In this document: positions 49,170 through 55,930 of the stretch, piece after piece
Position numbering within the stretch: position 1 is the first letter of the stretch
How the letters are laid out: each line of letters opens with the position of its first letter
IMG/VR virus record: IMGVR_UViG_3300005739_000002
Coordinates: 34,019-98,018 of that record
Source of the DNA: a virus
DNA length: 64,000 nt
Direction: 5' to 3' (one strand)
The notes under the pieces: generated by a model
The model's database searches: none
Told to the model about the DNA's origin: nothing
What the model saw: the letters and a program-made list of their open reading frames with translations, nothing else
Translations under genes and position numbers: made by a program

Positions 49170-49565
49170 TTAGAGCCATTGTGATACAGACTTATAGAGG
49201 CTCGCAGGAACATCAGGTTGTGCGGTCATACCTAGCAACTTGATAGTCTTACGGAGTTCCTCGTAATCGTTATCGTTGAACATGCCGTCAGGGCGGTCAG
49301 GGCGTTCTACCTGAGTAGGCAGTTTATCCTTATCTACCTTGAACTCAATTTCCAAAATACCATTCCACGAACGATAGTTAGTGTTATGGATTTCTAACTT
49401 ACCTGACTTTGCCAATGCGATAATCTTACTAGCAAAGGCTTCTTGTGCTTTGTTGTATTTTTCCTCTGCCTTCTTGTAGTCGGCACGGAACTTGTCTTGC
49501 TCGGCTAATCTGCCGTTTAGTGCGTCTAATAGGACTAGCCTATCTACTTTGATGGTTGTAGCCAT
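49170..49565 (-). CDS. hypothetical coiled-coil protein
   Basis: purine-rich SD; followed by terminator. Confidence 0.65.
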   Translation of the reverse strand: MATTIKVDRLVLLDALNGRLAEQDKFRADYKKAEEKYNKAQEAFASKIIALAKSGKLEIHNTNYRSWNGILEIEFKVDKDKLPTQVERPDRPDGMFNDNDYEELRKTIKLLGMTAQPDVPASLYKSVSQWL

Positions 49566-49592
49566 CTACCTTCCCTTTCTTATAGTTGTTGG

Positions 49593-49797
49593 TGAGCAGT
49601 TGTTCTACGACATACTCAGGTCGTTAGGATTACGCAGGTTTGCACCTACTATCCCCCTAACCCTAACGGGGTCTTGCCCTTTATTTTTCTAATCGTTGGC
49701 TACGATTACCCTTCCGTTCGGCGGTTCGCCTACTAGGCGGGATACTGATAAGCCTTTTATCCACTTGCTCAGGTGGTTCTCACGGGGGGTGAGAAAG
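49593..49797 (-). ncRNA. candidate structured RNA/leader with two compact pseudoknots
   Basis: CCAC-CTGAGCAA-GTGG..GGCTTA and ACGAC-CTGAGTAT-GTCGT..CTGCTCA; GCAA tetraloop hairpin between them. Confidence 0.5.
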
Positions 49798-50220
49798 TCA
49801 GAGTAGGTCTTTATCTACGCTGAAAAGGTCTTTTAGTGTGTTGAGTTGTTTAGCGTATTTGCGGGCTAGTGCCTTGTAGTAATCACGCTCGGCTTCTAAG
49901 TCCGAGATTAGTTTATCTACTTTGCTAATAGCCTTATCGGTAGTCATGCGCTCTGAACGCTTTGTGTATTTGCGTTTAGTGCGTTTGATAGCGTTAGCAG
50001 GATTATGTGTCCCTACATGTATGGACATCTGTGCCCTTGTTGGGGTCATGTGTCCGCAGATTTGGCAACCGAACATAGTTGTTCCGTCTAGCCATAGCAG
50101 TTCCACCATGTTGTGGAAGTAATGTCCCTTTGCCATTGGATTAGGCACGGGTTGGGATTGTAAAGGTGCGATGTTATTTCGCAAGAACTTTTGTTTGATA
50201 GTATCACCCCCCTCGTTCAT
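49798..50220 (-). CDS. C2H2-like zinc-finger protein (start uncertain)
   Basis: CQICG..H...H followed by basic segment and coiled coil. Confidence 0.6.
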   Translation of the reverse strand: MNEGGDTIKQKFLRNNIAPLQSQPVPNPMAKGHYFHNMVELLWLDGTTMFGCQICGHMTPTRAQMSIHVGTHNPANAIKRTKRKYTKRSERMTTDKAISKVDKLISDLEAERDYYKALARKYAKQLNTLKDLFSVDKDLL

Positions 50221-50337
50221 CTCTTTAGTGTTGCTCCTTTAGGAGTTGGTCGGCGACCATGTTGCTCTCCCTTCGTTAGTGTGGGCTTGTTCCCACTGAC
50301 TTATTCAACCATAATCTCAATAATCTATTTCATGGCA

Positions 50338-50356
50338 CTCAGGAAGTTATCCACAG
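50338..50356. promoter_or_regulatory. extended DnaA box 5
   Basis: CTCAGGAAG-TTATCCACA (50347-50355). Confidence 0.8.
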
Positions 50357-50369
50357 GTATCTCGTAAGG

Positions 50370-50449
50370 TTGTTTGTGTCGGGGCTTATGGGTGCATATA
50401 TCTATATAGCACCCGTAACACACACGCCCATAAGCCCCGACACAAACAA
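50370..50449. repeat. cassette-boundary palindrome, type B
   Basis: 23-bp perfect arms TTGTTTGTGTCGGGGCTTATGGG / complement; inner TATATAGC and ACACACGCCC. Confidence 0.9.
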
Positions 50450-50475
50450 AAAGCCCCGCCTTTCGGCGGGGCTCC
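50448..50475 (-). terminator. intrinsic terminator
   Basis: AAAAAGCCCCGCC-TTTC-GGCGGGGCT (GAAA tetraloop on minus strand). Confidence 0.8.
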
Positions 50476-50487
50476 TTGTTAGGCTTG

Positions 50488-51498
50488 TTAGACGCCAGCC
50501 AATTCGCGGACGGCGCGGAGTATGCGCCCCTTCTCGGCATTGACCACTGGGTCAAAGCCACTTGCCGCGCCCTTGAGCGCCTCGCCATTGGCGGTGCGAC
50601 CAGTGCGGAAATAGTCAATGCGCTCAGTGAGAGCATTGAGAGCGCCCCAATAGGTGCCCTTGATTGTTGATTGCGTAGGGGATACATGGTAAATATCCTC
50701 TAGGAGGTCGCGCTTAGCCTGCCACTTGGTCATAACTTGTGGCGCAACCGCATTGGCGTCGGGTTGCGGATAAATGGCATTGACCAATTTATCCCAATCC
50801 GCATTGGAGAGAGGAGCCTCGAAAAGAGACTTTGCGATGGACTCAAAAGAATCCATGTGAGCGAAGGTGAGACCTAGCACGCGACGCGCTTCCGCAATGC
50901 GACCCTCGACCTTGAGAGTGTGGCGCAACTTGAATGATTGCTTACATCCAGCCAGCGCCATGTTGAGCGTATTTTGGCAGACAACACGAACGGGCGTGAT
51001 TGACGCTTGAACGCTTGCGCTCCCGTCATGGGAGGTATGAACGAGCAGATAGGTGAGAGTCTTATCATTCGCCCCTTGAGGGTCGATGATGAACTCACGA
51101 GGAACGACAAGGCTACCGAAAACAACCTTGCCATTCTTGATTGAGCCAGCAGATTCCCAACTGGCGCCCCCGTCGAGAATGTTATCCCCGAATGTGAAAA
51201 GTTCCTCATTCTGGAATACGCGATAACGCTTACCGACAACCGCGAGGACATCGGTTCCAGCGTCGAACGGATTGGTGCGAACGACCATGTGAAGGTCGGT
51301 CTTTGAGCGATAGCCAGCGGGATACTGGACATCCTCTAGGCGAACATTCCAGTTCGCTAACTTTGCCGAATCCAACATGACATCGGTTGTCACATGTTCA
51401 TCAGCAGAAAAGATACGATTGGCGAGACCATGCCATGCGGGAGCGCCACGCAATGCGAACGCCACCTCACCGCCTTGAATCTCTAAATCGTGAGCCAT
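50488..51498 (-). CDS. DUF932 / TIGR03299-type phage-plasmid protein
   Basis: MAH..PAWHGL, Y..FQN, ESAGS..G, SHDGS, TPVRVVCQNTL, RHT, GT.WGA.NA.TE..D. Confidence 0.9.
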   Translation of the reverse strand: MAHDLEIQGGEVAFALRGAPAWHGLANRIFSADEHVTTDVMLDSAKLANWNVRLEDVQYPAGYRSKTDLHMVVRTNPFDAGTDVLAVVGKRYRVFQNEELFTFGDNILDGGASWESAGSIKNGKVVFGSLVVPREFIIDPQGANDKTLTYLLVHTSHDGSASVQASITPVRVVCQNTLNMALAGCKQSFKLRHTLKVEGRIAEARRVLGLTFAHMDSFESIAKSLFEAPLSNADWDKLVNAIYPQPDANAVAPQVMTKWQAKRDLLEDIYHVSPTQSTIKGTYWGALNALTERIDYFRTGRTANGEALKGAASGFDPVVNAEKGRILRAVRELAGV

Positions 51499-51571
51499 AA
51501 CAGCCCCCTTCTATGCGAGACCTTCTCGCATGCGCTCACCCTATCAGATACATCTCTCAACCCTATTAGTT

Positions 51572-51590
51572 CTCAGAAAGTTATCCACAG
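51572..51590. promoter_or_regulatory. extended DnaA box 6
   Basis: CTCAGAAAG-TTATCCACA (51581-51589); TAGGGT -10 37 nt downstream on minus strand. Confidence 0.8.
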
Positions 51591-51596
51591 GGCGCG

Positions 51597-51686
51597 ATGT
51601 TTGTGTTGGGCTGCTTATGTGTGTATATGAAGATATATAGCGAAATGTTTATACACACACGCCCATAAGCAGCCCAACACAAACAT
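51597..51686. repeat. cassette-boundary palindrome, type B
   Basis: 23-bp perfect arms ATGTTTGTGTTGGGCTGCTTATG / complement; inner TGTGTATA/TATACACA, TATATAGC, ACACACGCCC. Confidence 0.9.
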
Positions 51687-51691
51687 TCTTC

Positions 51692-51705
51692 GTTTCACGT
51701 GAAAC
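51692..51705. promoter_or_regulatory. parS: parS centromere-like site (ParB-binding consensus)
   Basis: perfect intergenic palindrome GTTTCACGTGAAAC, 15/16 match to TGTTTCACGTGAAACA. Confidence 0.8.
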
Positions 51706-51738
51706 AAAAAGGCCCGAGCGGGAAGGTGCTCGGGCCTC
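51706..51738 (-). terminator. intrinsic terminator
   Basis: AAAAAGGCCCGAGC..GCTCGGGCCT. Confidence 0.75.
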
Positions 51739-51758
51739 TTCGTAGGGGGTTTATAACC

Positions 51759-52058
51759 TCACGCCATCGCTGGCGTGAAGATTCGACGGATATAGTTTTG
51801 CTGCTTGCTTGTAGTGACGCTGAACTTCTGATTCACTACGTACCAACCATTGGCCCCATACCATGCGATTGGCGTGCTATATGATAAGACTACGTAGGCG
51901 CCCTCTTTAAAGTCTTCTACTAGTCTACTGTATTCCTCGCCTAGGCGTCCAGGTCCTGGCGTGTAGTTGTAATAACGGCCACTAAGTGAAGAGGCTTCGA
52001 ATGCTTGACGGTTAGCAATGCGCTCCATCGCTTCTTTCTGATTGACCTGCAGTCTCAT
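51759..52058 (-). CDS. hypothetical protein
   Basis: YVVLSYSTPIAW..W..KFSVTTSKQQ; ATGA coupling. Confidence 0.7.
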   Translation of the reverse strand: MRLQVNQKEAMERIANRQAFEASSLSGRYYNYTPGPGRLGEEYSRLVEDFKEGAYVVLSYSTPIAWYGANGWYVVNQKFSVTTSKQQNYIRRIFTPAMA

Positions 52059-52249
52059 GCGTCCTCCCTTGTACTGTGCCAGTAATCGGCCGCGGCTTCT
52101 GCCCTGTCCGCGTAATCCTGCTCACCCTCACTGTAACCCTTGAGGTAACCTGATATCTTGCCAGACCTGTAGGCGAAGAATCCGACAACAAGAGCAACGA
52201 GGATGTCAACGAGTAAGTTGAAACCGTTATAGAAGATGATTTCATTCAC
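52055..52249 (-). CDS. small membrane protein
   Basis: one TM segment then GY..GY..G; GTGA coupling at 52249. Confidence 0.55.
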   Translation of the reverse strand: MNEIIFYNGFNLLVDILVALVVGFFAYRSGKISGYLKGYSEGEQDYADRAEAAADYWHSTREDA

Positions 52250-52383
52250 GCTAGCGCTTTCCTTTCCTCGTCGGCGCATGTGTAGCAGATACGCCCGACG
52301 AATTCCAAAACACCTAACACGAACGCATCAACGCCACTGTGTACAATATTGCCGTCCTGCGTGGTACCGCATTTATAACACAT
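52246..52383 (-). CDS. small Cys-pair protein (45 aa)
   Basis: MCYKCG..CYTC; SD AGGGG. Confidence 0.5.
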   Translation of the reverse strand: MCYKCGTTQDGNIVHSGVDAFVLGVLEFVGRICYTCADEERKALA

Positions 52384-52458
52384 TTATAACCCCTAATCTG
52401 TGAGCCCCTTGCTCACTGGGATAAACTTAGCAGGCCTGGGATATATATCAATAACCCT

Positions 52459-52477
52459 CACAGAAAGTTATCCACAG
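52459..52477. promoter_or_regulatory. extended DnaA box 7
   Basis: CACAGAAAG-TTATCCACA (52468-52476); TAAGTT -10 38 nt downstream on minus strand. Confidence 0.8.
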
Positions 52478-52500
52478 GCAAACTCTCCTCCTATAACTCC

Positions 52501-52570
52501 CTATATTAGAACGGGGTGGGAGGGCCAACACAAACATGCGAGAGCCCCGCGCCTTGCGACGCGGGGCTTC
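52501..52570. repeat. half palindrome (type C remnant) plus terminator
   Basis: CTATATTAGAA..GGGCCAACACAAACA without left arm, then AGCCCCGCG..CGCGGGGCT. Confidence 0.6.
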
Positions 52571-52580
52571 GCTCTACTAC

Positions 52581-52955
52581 TTATGAAATTGTCGTCGTGC
52601 TCATGAGGCGGTCATCCTGAGCCTCGCCTACTTTTTCGTACCAACGGGTATCGCGCTGGATGAATGCTGCGATTATGTTAGACCATAGATTTACATGGTC
52701 AGAGCCATAATAAGGGGCGATTTTGATGTCGCATAGTTGCGTCATGTAATCGAAGTCCCATAGTTGGAACCCCTTATCATTTACCACTAGGCGGTATCCA
52801 CCTTGAGGTAATAGTTGAGAGTAAATTGGCATGGATACCAATTCGCGCTCGCGGTCAATATCTACCTCGCCGAATTCATAGAGCGAGTGTTCCGCGTTTA
52901 GTCTGCCCTCTAGTTCAGGGGTCAGACCTCCTGCGAAAGTGTAAAGAATAGTCAT
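52581..52955 (-). CDS. hypothetical protein
   Basis: first gene of the minus-strand block. Confidence 0.6.
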   Translation of the reverse strand: MTILYTFAGGLTPELEGRLNAEHSLYEFGEVDIDRERELVSMPIYSQLLPQGGYRLVVNDKGFQLWDFDYMTQLCDIKIAPYYGSDHVNLWSNIIAAFIQRDTRWYEKVGEAQDDRLMSTTTIS

Positions 52956-53047
52956 CTGACTAAACCTTCCCTACTTGGGGCGCTTACTCCTTGTTCAGCG
53001 CCCAGTGAGATAAACTTATGGCATAACCCTATTAGATACAACCGACA

Positions 53048-53086
53048 CTCAGAAAGTTATCCACAATCACAGAAAGTTATCCACAA
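53048..53086. promoter_or_regulatory. tandem extended DnaA boxes 8 and 9 (20-bp direct repeat)
   Basis: CAGAAAGTTATCCACAA x2 (boxes 53057-53065, 53077-53085); TTGTAT-N17-TAAGTT promoter follows on minus strand. Confidence 0.85.
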
Positions 53087-53203
53087 CCTAACCCTCTACC
53101 TGAGGTTGAGGGGTAGGGGTTAGACGACACGCCCGACCGCGTGGGTGGCAGGTAACATGAGTACCTATTTATACATTTAGTAGGCAGTAGCCTATAATAG
53201 AGT

Positions 53204-53668
53204 GTGCGAATAATGCGAAAGTACGGGAAGGGACACCTCGCCTTTACGCGGGGCAAGTTCGATGACTGGGCAGTCTATGTTAAATACCCAATGTTTCCTC
53301 AATGGCCCACAGACAAGTGGTACTTTATTAAGCTGCGGAGTATGGCCCTCTATGGACCCGCATACGATGATTTTGTCGCCCTTTACGATAAGACCACGGC
53401 GGAAGTTGATGAGCTGGTTTTTGACTGGATTGACGGGATAAGTACTAAGTACCCCAATGCCGAGGAGGCCGCGGTTATCTTTGGTATCTTCTATATGACT
53501 ATGATTGCAGAAGAGAACAAGGACGGGGCTATCCTAAAGAAAAGAATTAAGAGGCTAGGTGTCCATCAAGTACTCAAGGAGGGCATGAAACCAGAGCTGG
53601 CGGCTAACTATTCGCGGGGAAAGCCCGTCGGAGAGTTAACTTTAGAGTGTCACAAGAGAGGGTTCTGA
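53204..53668 (+). CDS. hypothetical protein
   Basis: TATAAT-N5-GTG; RGKFDDW..MIAEENK..KRIKRLG. Confidence 0.65.
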   Translation: MRIMRKYGKGHLAFTRGKFDDWAVYVKYPMFPQWPTDKWYFIKLRSMALYGPAYDDFVALYDKTTAEVDELVFDWIDGISTKYPNAEEAAVIFGIFYMTMIAEENKDGAILKKRIKRLGVHQVLKEGMKPELAANYSRGKPVGELTLECHKRGF

Positions 53669-53680
53669 TAGGATTAAGGC

Positions 53681-53917
53681 ATGGAACTATTAATTCTCGT
53701 ACTTATCGCTCTTGGTGTTGCTATTACCGCTGTTGCTCTTCGTGAAGATAAGTGGTTTAAGCAGGAAGACTACTCTTGGTTGGACTTTGAAGAAAAGGTT
53801 GATACCAAAGAAGAAGTCAAACCTAAGAAGAAGGCTGCTAAGAAGCCAGCTAAGAAGGCTGTAAAGAAGACAGCCAAAAAGAAGAAGCCAGCCAAGAAGG
53901 CTGCTAAGCGTCGCTAA
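53681..53917 (+). CDS. membrane-anchored protein with histone-H1-like K/A/P tail
   Basis: N-terminal TM; KKKAAKKPAKKAVKKTAKKKKPAKKAAKRR. Confidence 0.65.
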   Translation: MELLILVLIALGVAITAVALREDKWFKQEDYSWLDFEEKVDTKEEVKPKKKAAKKPAKKAVKKTAKKKKPAKKAAKRR

Positions 53918-54025
53918 TGTGTTTGAAGTGTGGGGCGTGCTCAAGAGAGCACCCCTACTCAATGGATGATGCTATAGATGCCTATGAGAGTTTAGGGTTT
54001 AAAACCCAGGCAGTAGCCTCACAAT

Positions 54026-54259
54026 ATGGTCGTGAGTTTCTACGACTATCTAGAAGAGAGCCTCGATTACCAGGGGCGCACCGCTAAGTTTGCACGTCTT
54101 GTATTCACAGACATACATAATGGTTGCGGTAGTTCTAAATATGACGCTGTAGCGTGGAAACGTCACTTTCAAGAAAAACATAAAGATTCTCCTCAATTAG
54201 TGGACATGCTTCTTCTTGCCTTTATTGAGTATTATCAGGCAAAGCGGAATAGACTTTAG
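54026..54259 (+). CDS. YozE-like small helical protein
   Basis: SFYDYL..FA..D..AF.EY pattern; leaderless. Confidence 0.45.
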   Translation: MVVSFYDYLEESLDYQGRTAKFARLVFTDIHNGCGSSKYDAVAWKRHFQEKHKDSPQLVDMLLLAFIEYYQAKRNRL

Positions 54260-54261
54260 TT

Positions 54262-54510
54262 ATGGCTAGAGATGATTGGGGCCCTGTTAAGTCGGGCGTT
54301 GTAAACCGTGCTAACGATAAAGCTCGTGTTATTGACTTAGGGGTGTACAGAAATAATCGCGACCTTGGATTTGCCAAGGGCACCTCACAAAGGCGTGCGA
54401 CAGTTGACACTCCTGATATGACACGACATGAGAACTCAGCTATGGAAGTTGGCAATCCAGAAAAATCTAAATTGCAAAAAGGCCTGCAATGGTTAGGGTT
54501 GACCGAGTGA
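54262..54510 (+). CDS. hypothetical protein
   Basis: leaderless TAGACT-N6-ATG. Confidence 0.55.
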   Translation: MARDDWGPVKSGVVNRANDKARVIDLGVYRNNRDLGFAKGTSQRRATVDTPDMTRHENSAMEVGNPEKSKLQKGLQWLGLTE

Positions 54511-54722
54511 TACCTGACGAAGACCCGATGAATGAGTACAGGAACCTTAATGATAAGTTTCCTGATAATCGTGTTAAGTATCAGCGTCCAGACCTCTCTG
54601 AGTACATGATGCGTCAAGTACGTCCAGATGAAGTTCACAATCCAAATGTAAAGCCTTATGACCCATATCATGACCCAGGTCCTTATCAATTTGGGAAAAG
54701 ACCAAAAGGATGGCGACCATGA
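54489..54722 (+). CDS. hypothetical protein (start uncertain)
   Basis: operon packing. Confidence 0.45.
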   Translation: MVRVDRVIPDEDPMNEYRNLNDKFPDNRVKYQRPDLSEYMMRQVRPDEVHNPNVKPYDPYHDPGPYQFGKRPKGWRP

Positions 54723-54786
54723 AAAAGATTATTCTTGATACTCTTATCTCTAAACCAGCGATATTTATCTATGGCTTCATTACAGG

Positions 54787-55080
54787 ATGGATAACCTATC
54801 TTCTTGTACTTGTAGCAGTTATGAGGGCATGGGGATGAAAGACCCAGCATTAGGTCGTAGCCGTGCAGAGCGTGCACTTGGCGAGGCATACCCTAAGAAG
54901 AAGGGTGTAAAGTCAAAAAAATCGGCTTCGTCAAAGAAGAAGGCTGTACGTAAGACCAACGATATTCGCAGAAATAGCAATGGGATATTTGATGGTCCGC
55001 GTCCATCATATGGAAGATACAATGTATCTGAGCAAGCTCAAGATGTTTTAAACCGTTCGTTGAATAGGAGAACCCGATAA
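54787..55080 (+). CDS. basic hypothetical protein (start probably later)
   Basis: K/R-rich; TAATG coupling to next gene. Confidence 0.5.
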   Translation: MDNLSSCTCSSYEGMGMKDPALGRSRAERALGEAYPKKKGVKSKKSASSKKKAVRKTNDIRRNSNGIFDGPRPSYGRYNVSEQAQDVLNRSLNRRTR

Positions 55081-55292
55081 TGCCAATCATTGGCCCAGTA
55101 GTAGGCGCTGTAGCAAAAGCTATAGGAGGAAGAGCTGCGCTTGGAAAAGCCGCTTCGTTTGCTAAATCACCTGCCGCTAAAATAGGTGCAGTTGGTTATA
55201 TGGCAGGAAGTTCTGGTCGTAGCGCTTCTATGCAACAGGGACAGATGGATGGCTGGTTCCCAGGTGCAGGTCAGGGTCCTGGTCAAGGATAA
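55080..55292 (+). CDS. Gly/Ala-rich hypothetical protein
   Basis: SD AGGAG, coupling. Confidence 0.55.
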   Translation: MPIIGPVVGAVAKAIGGRAALGKAASFAKSPAAKIGAVGYMAGSSGRSASMQQGQMDGWFPGAGQGPGQG

Positions 55293-55474
55293 TGAAAAGA
55301 ACTGGTGGACAATTTCCTACCTGTGAAAACTGTGGTAAAGAAATTAGAGATAAAGCTCTTAAAGTAGCCACCCGTAGACAAGGCGAGTATCAAATGTTTC
55401 ATCCTGATGCCCATGGATGTGCAAGTGCAACAGCGCCGAAGGAGCCTAGCCAACGTGCCAAAAAAAACAATTAA
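55292..55474 (+). CDS. small zinc-finger-like protein
   Basis: CENC..H....C. Confidence 0.5.
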   Translation: MKRTGGQFPTCENCGKEIRDKALKVATRRQGEYQMFHPDAHGCASATAPKEPSQRAKKNN

Positions 55475-55655
55475 AGTACAAGGTATTAAACATACCGTTA
55501 AGAAGAACAAAAAGGGCGATGTTGTAGTCGACCATGAAGCCAAAGCTAAAGCTGGCAAGTACGACAAGATTAACCTGACAAAAAAGGGTGGCTCTAAGAC
55601 AATTAAGCAGGGCGTCAAAGCCGTCCGTAAGTGGCATAAGGAGAACCCACACTAA
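55407..55655 (+). CDS. basic hypothetical protein (likely GTG start near 55455)
   Basis: HTVKKNKKGDVVVDH..DKINLT; SD AAGGAG before GTG. Confidence 0.55.
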   Translation: MPMDVQVQQRRRSLANVPKKTIKVQGIKHTVKKNKKGDVVVDHEAKAKAGKYDKINLTKKGGSKTIKQGVKAVRKWHKENPH

Positions 55656-55930
55656 TGGCTAAGTCAGCAGCATGGACCCGCAAAGAGGGTAAGAACGCCA
55701 AAGGCGGACTTAATGAAAAGGGACGCAAGTCTTATGAGAAGGCTAACCCTGGAAGCAATCTAAAGCCACCAGTTAAGCGTGAGCAGGCTAAGAAGTCTCC
55801 TAAGAGCGCCGCACGTCGTAAATCTTTCTGTGCACGTATGGAAGGTATGAAGAAGCGTAACACTAGCGCTAAGACTGCACGCGACCCTAATAGCCGTATT
55901 AACAAGAGTTTGCGAGCTTGGGATTGCTAG
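55655..55930 (+). CDS. conserved basic phage protein (DUF6321-like)
   Basis: AWTRKEGKN.KGGLN.KGR..RRKSFCARM..DPNSRINKSLRAW.C. Confidence 0.7.
   Translation: MAKSAAWTRKEGKNAKGGLNEKGRKSYEKANPGSNLKPPVKREQAKKSPKSAARRKSFCARMEGMKKRNTSAKTARDPNSRINKSLRAWDC

Noticed and set aside
49757-49765. Tenth DnaA box (TTATCCACT)
   Set aside because: Only an 8/9 match, lacks the CWCAGRAAS extension, and is explained as part of the pseudoknot stem.
48300-51686. Classical integron attC sites
   Set aside because: Ends read GTT...AAC, the reverse of RYYYAAC...GTTRRRY. Stems lack the typical extrahelical bases, cassettes have their own promoters, and no integrase is in the window.
46680-53100. CRISPR array or mini-array interpretation of the repeated intergenic motifs
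   Set aside because: Repeats are separated by whole genes at irregular distances (about 0.6-1.4 kb). The Cas4-like gene at 25814 is a solo nuclease in a recombination operon, and no other cas genes are seen.
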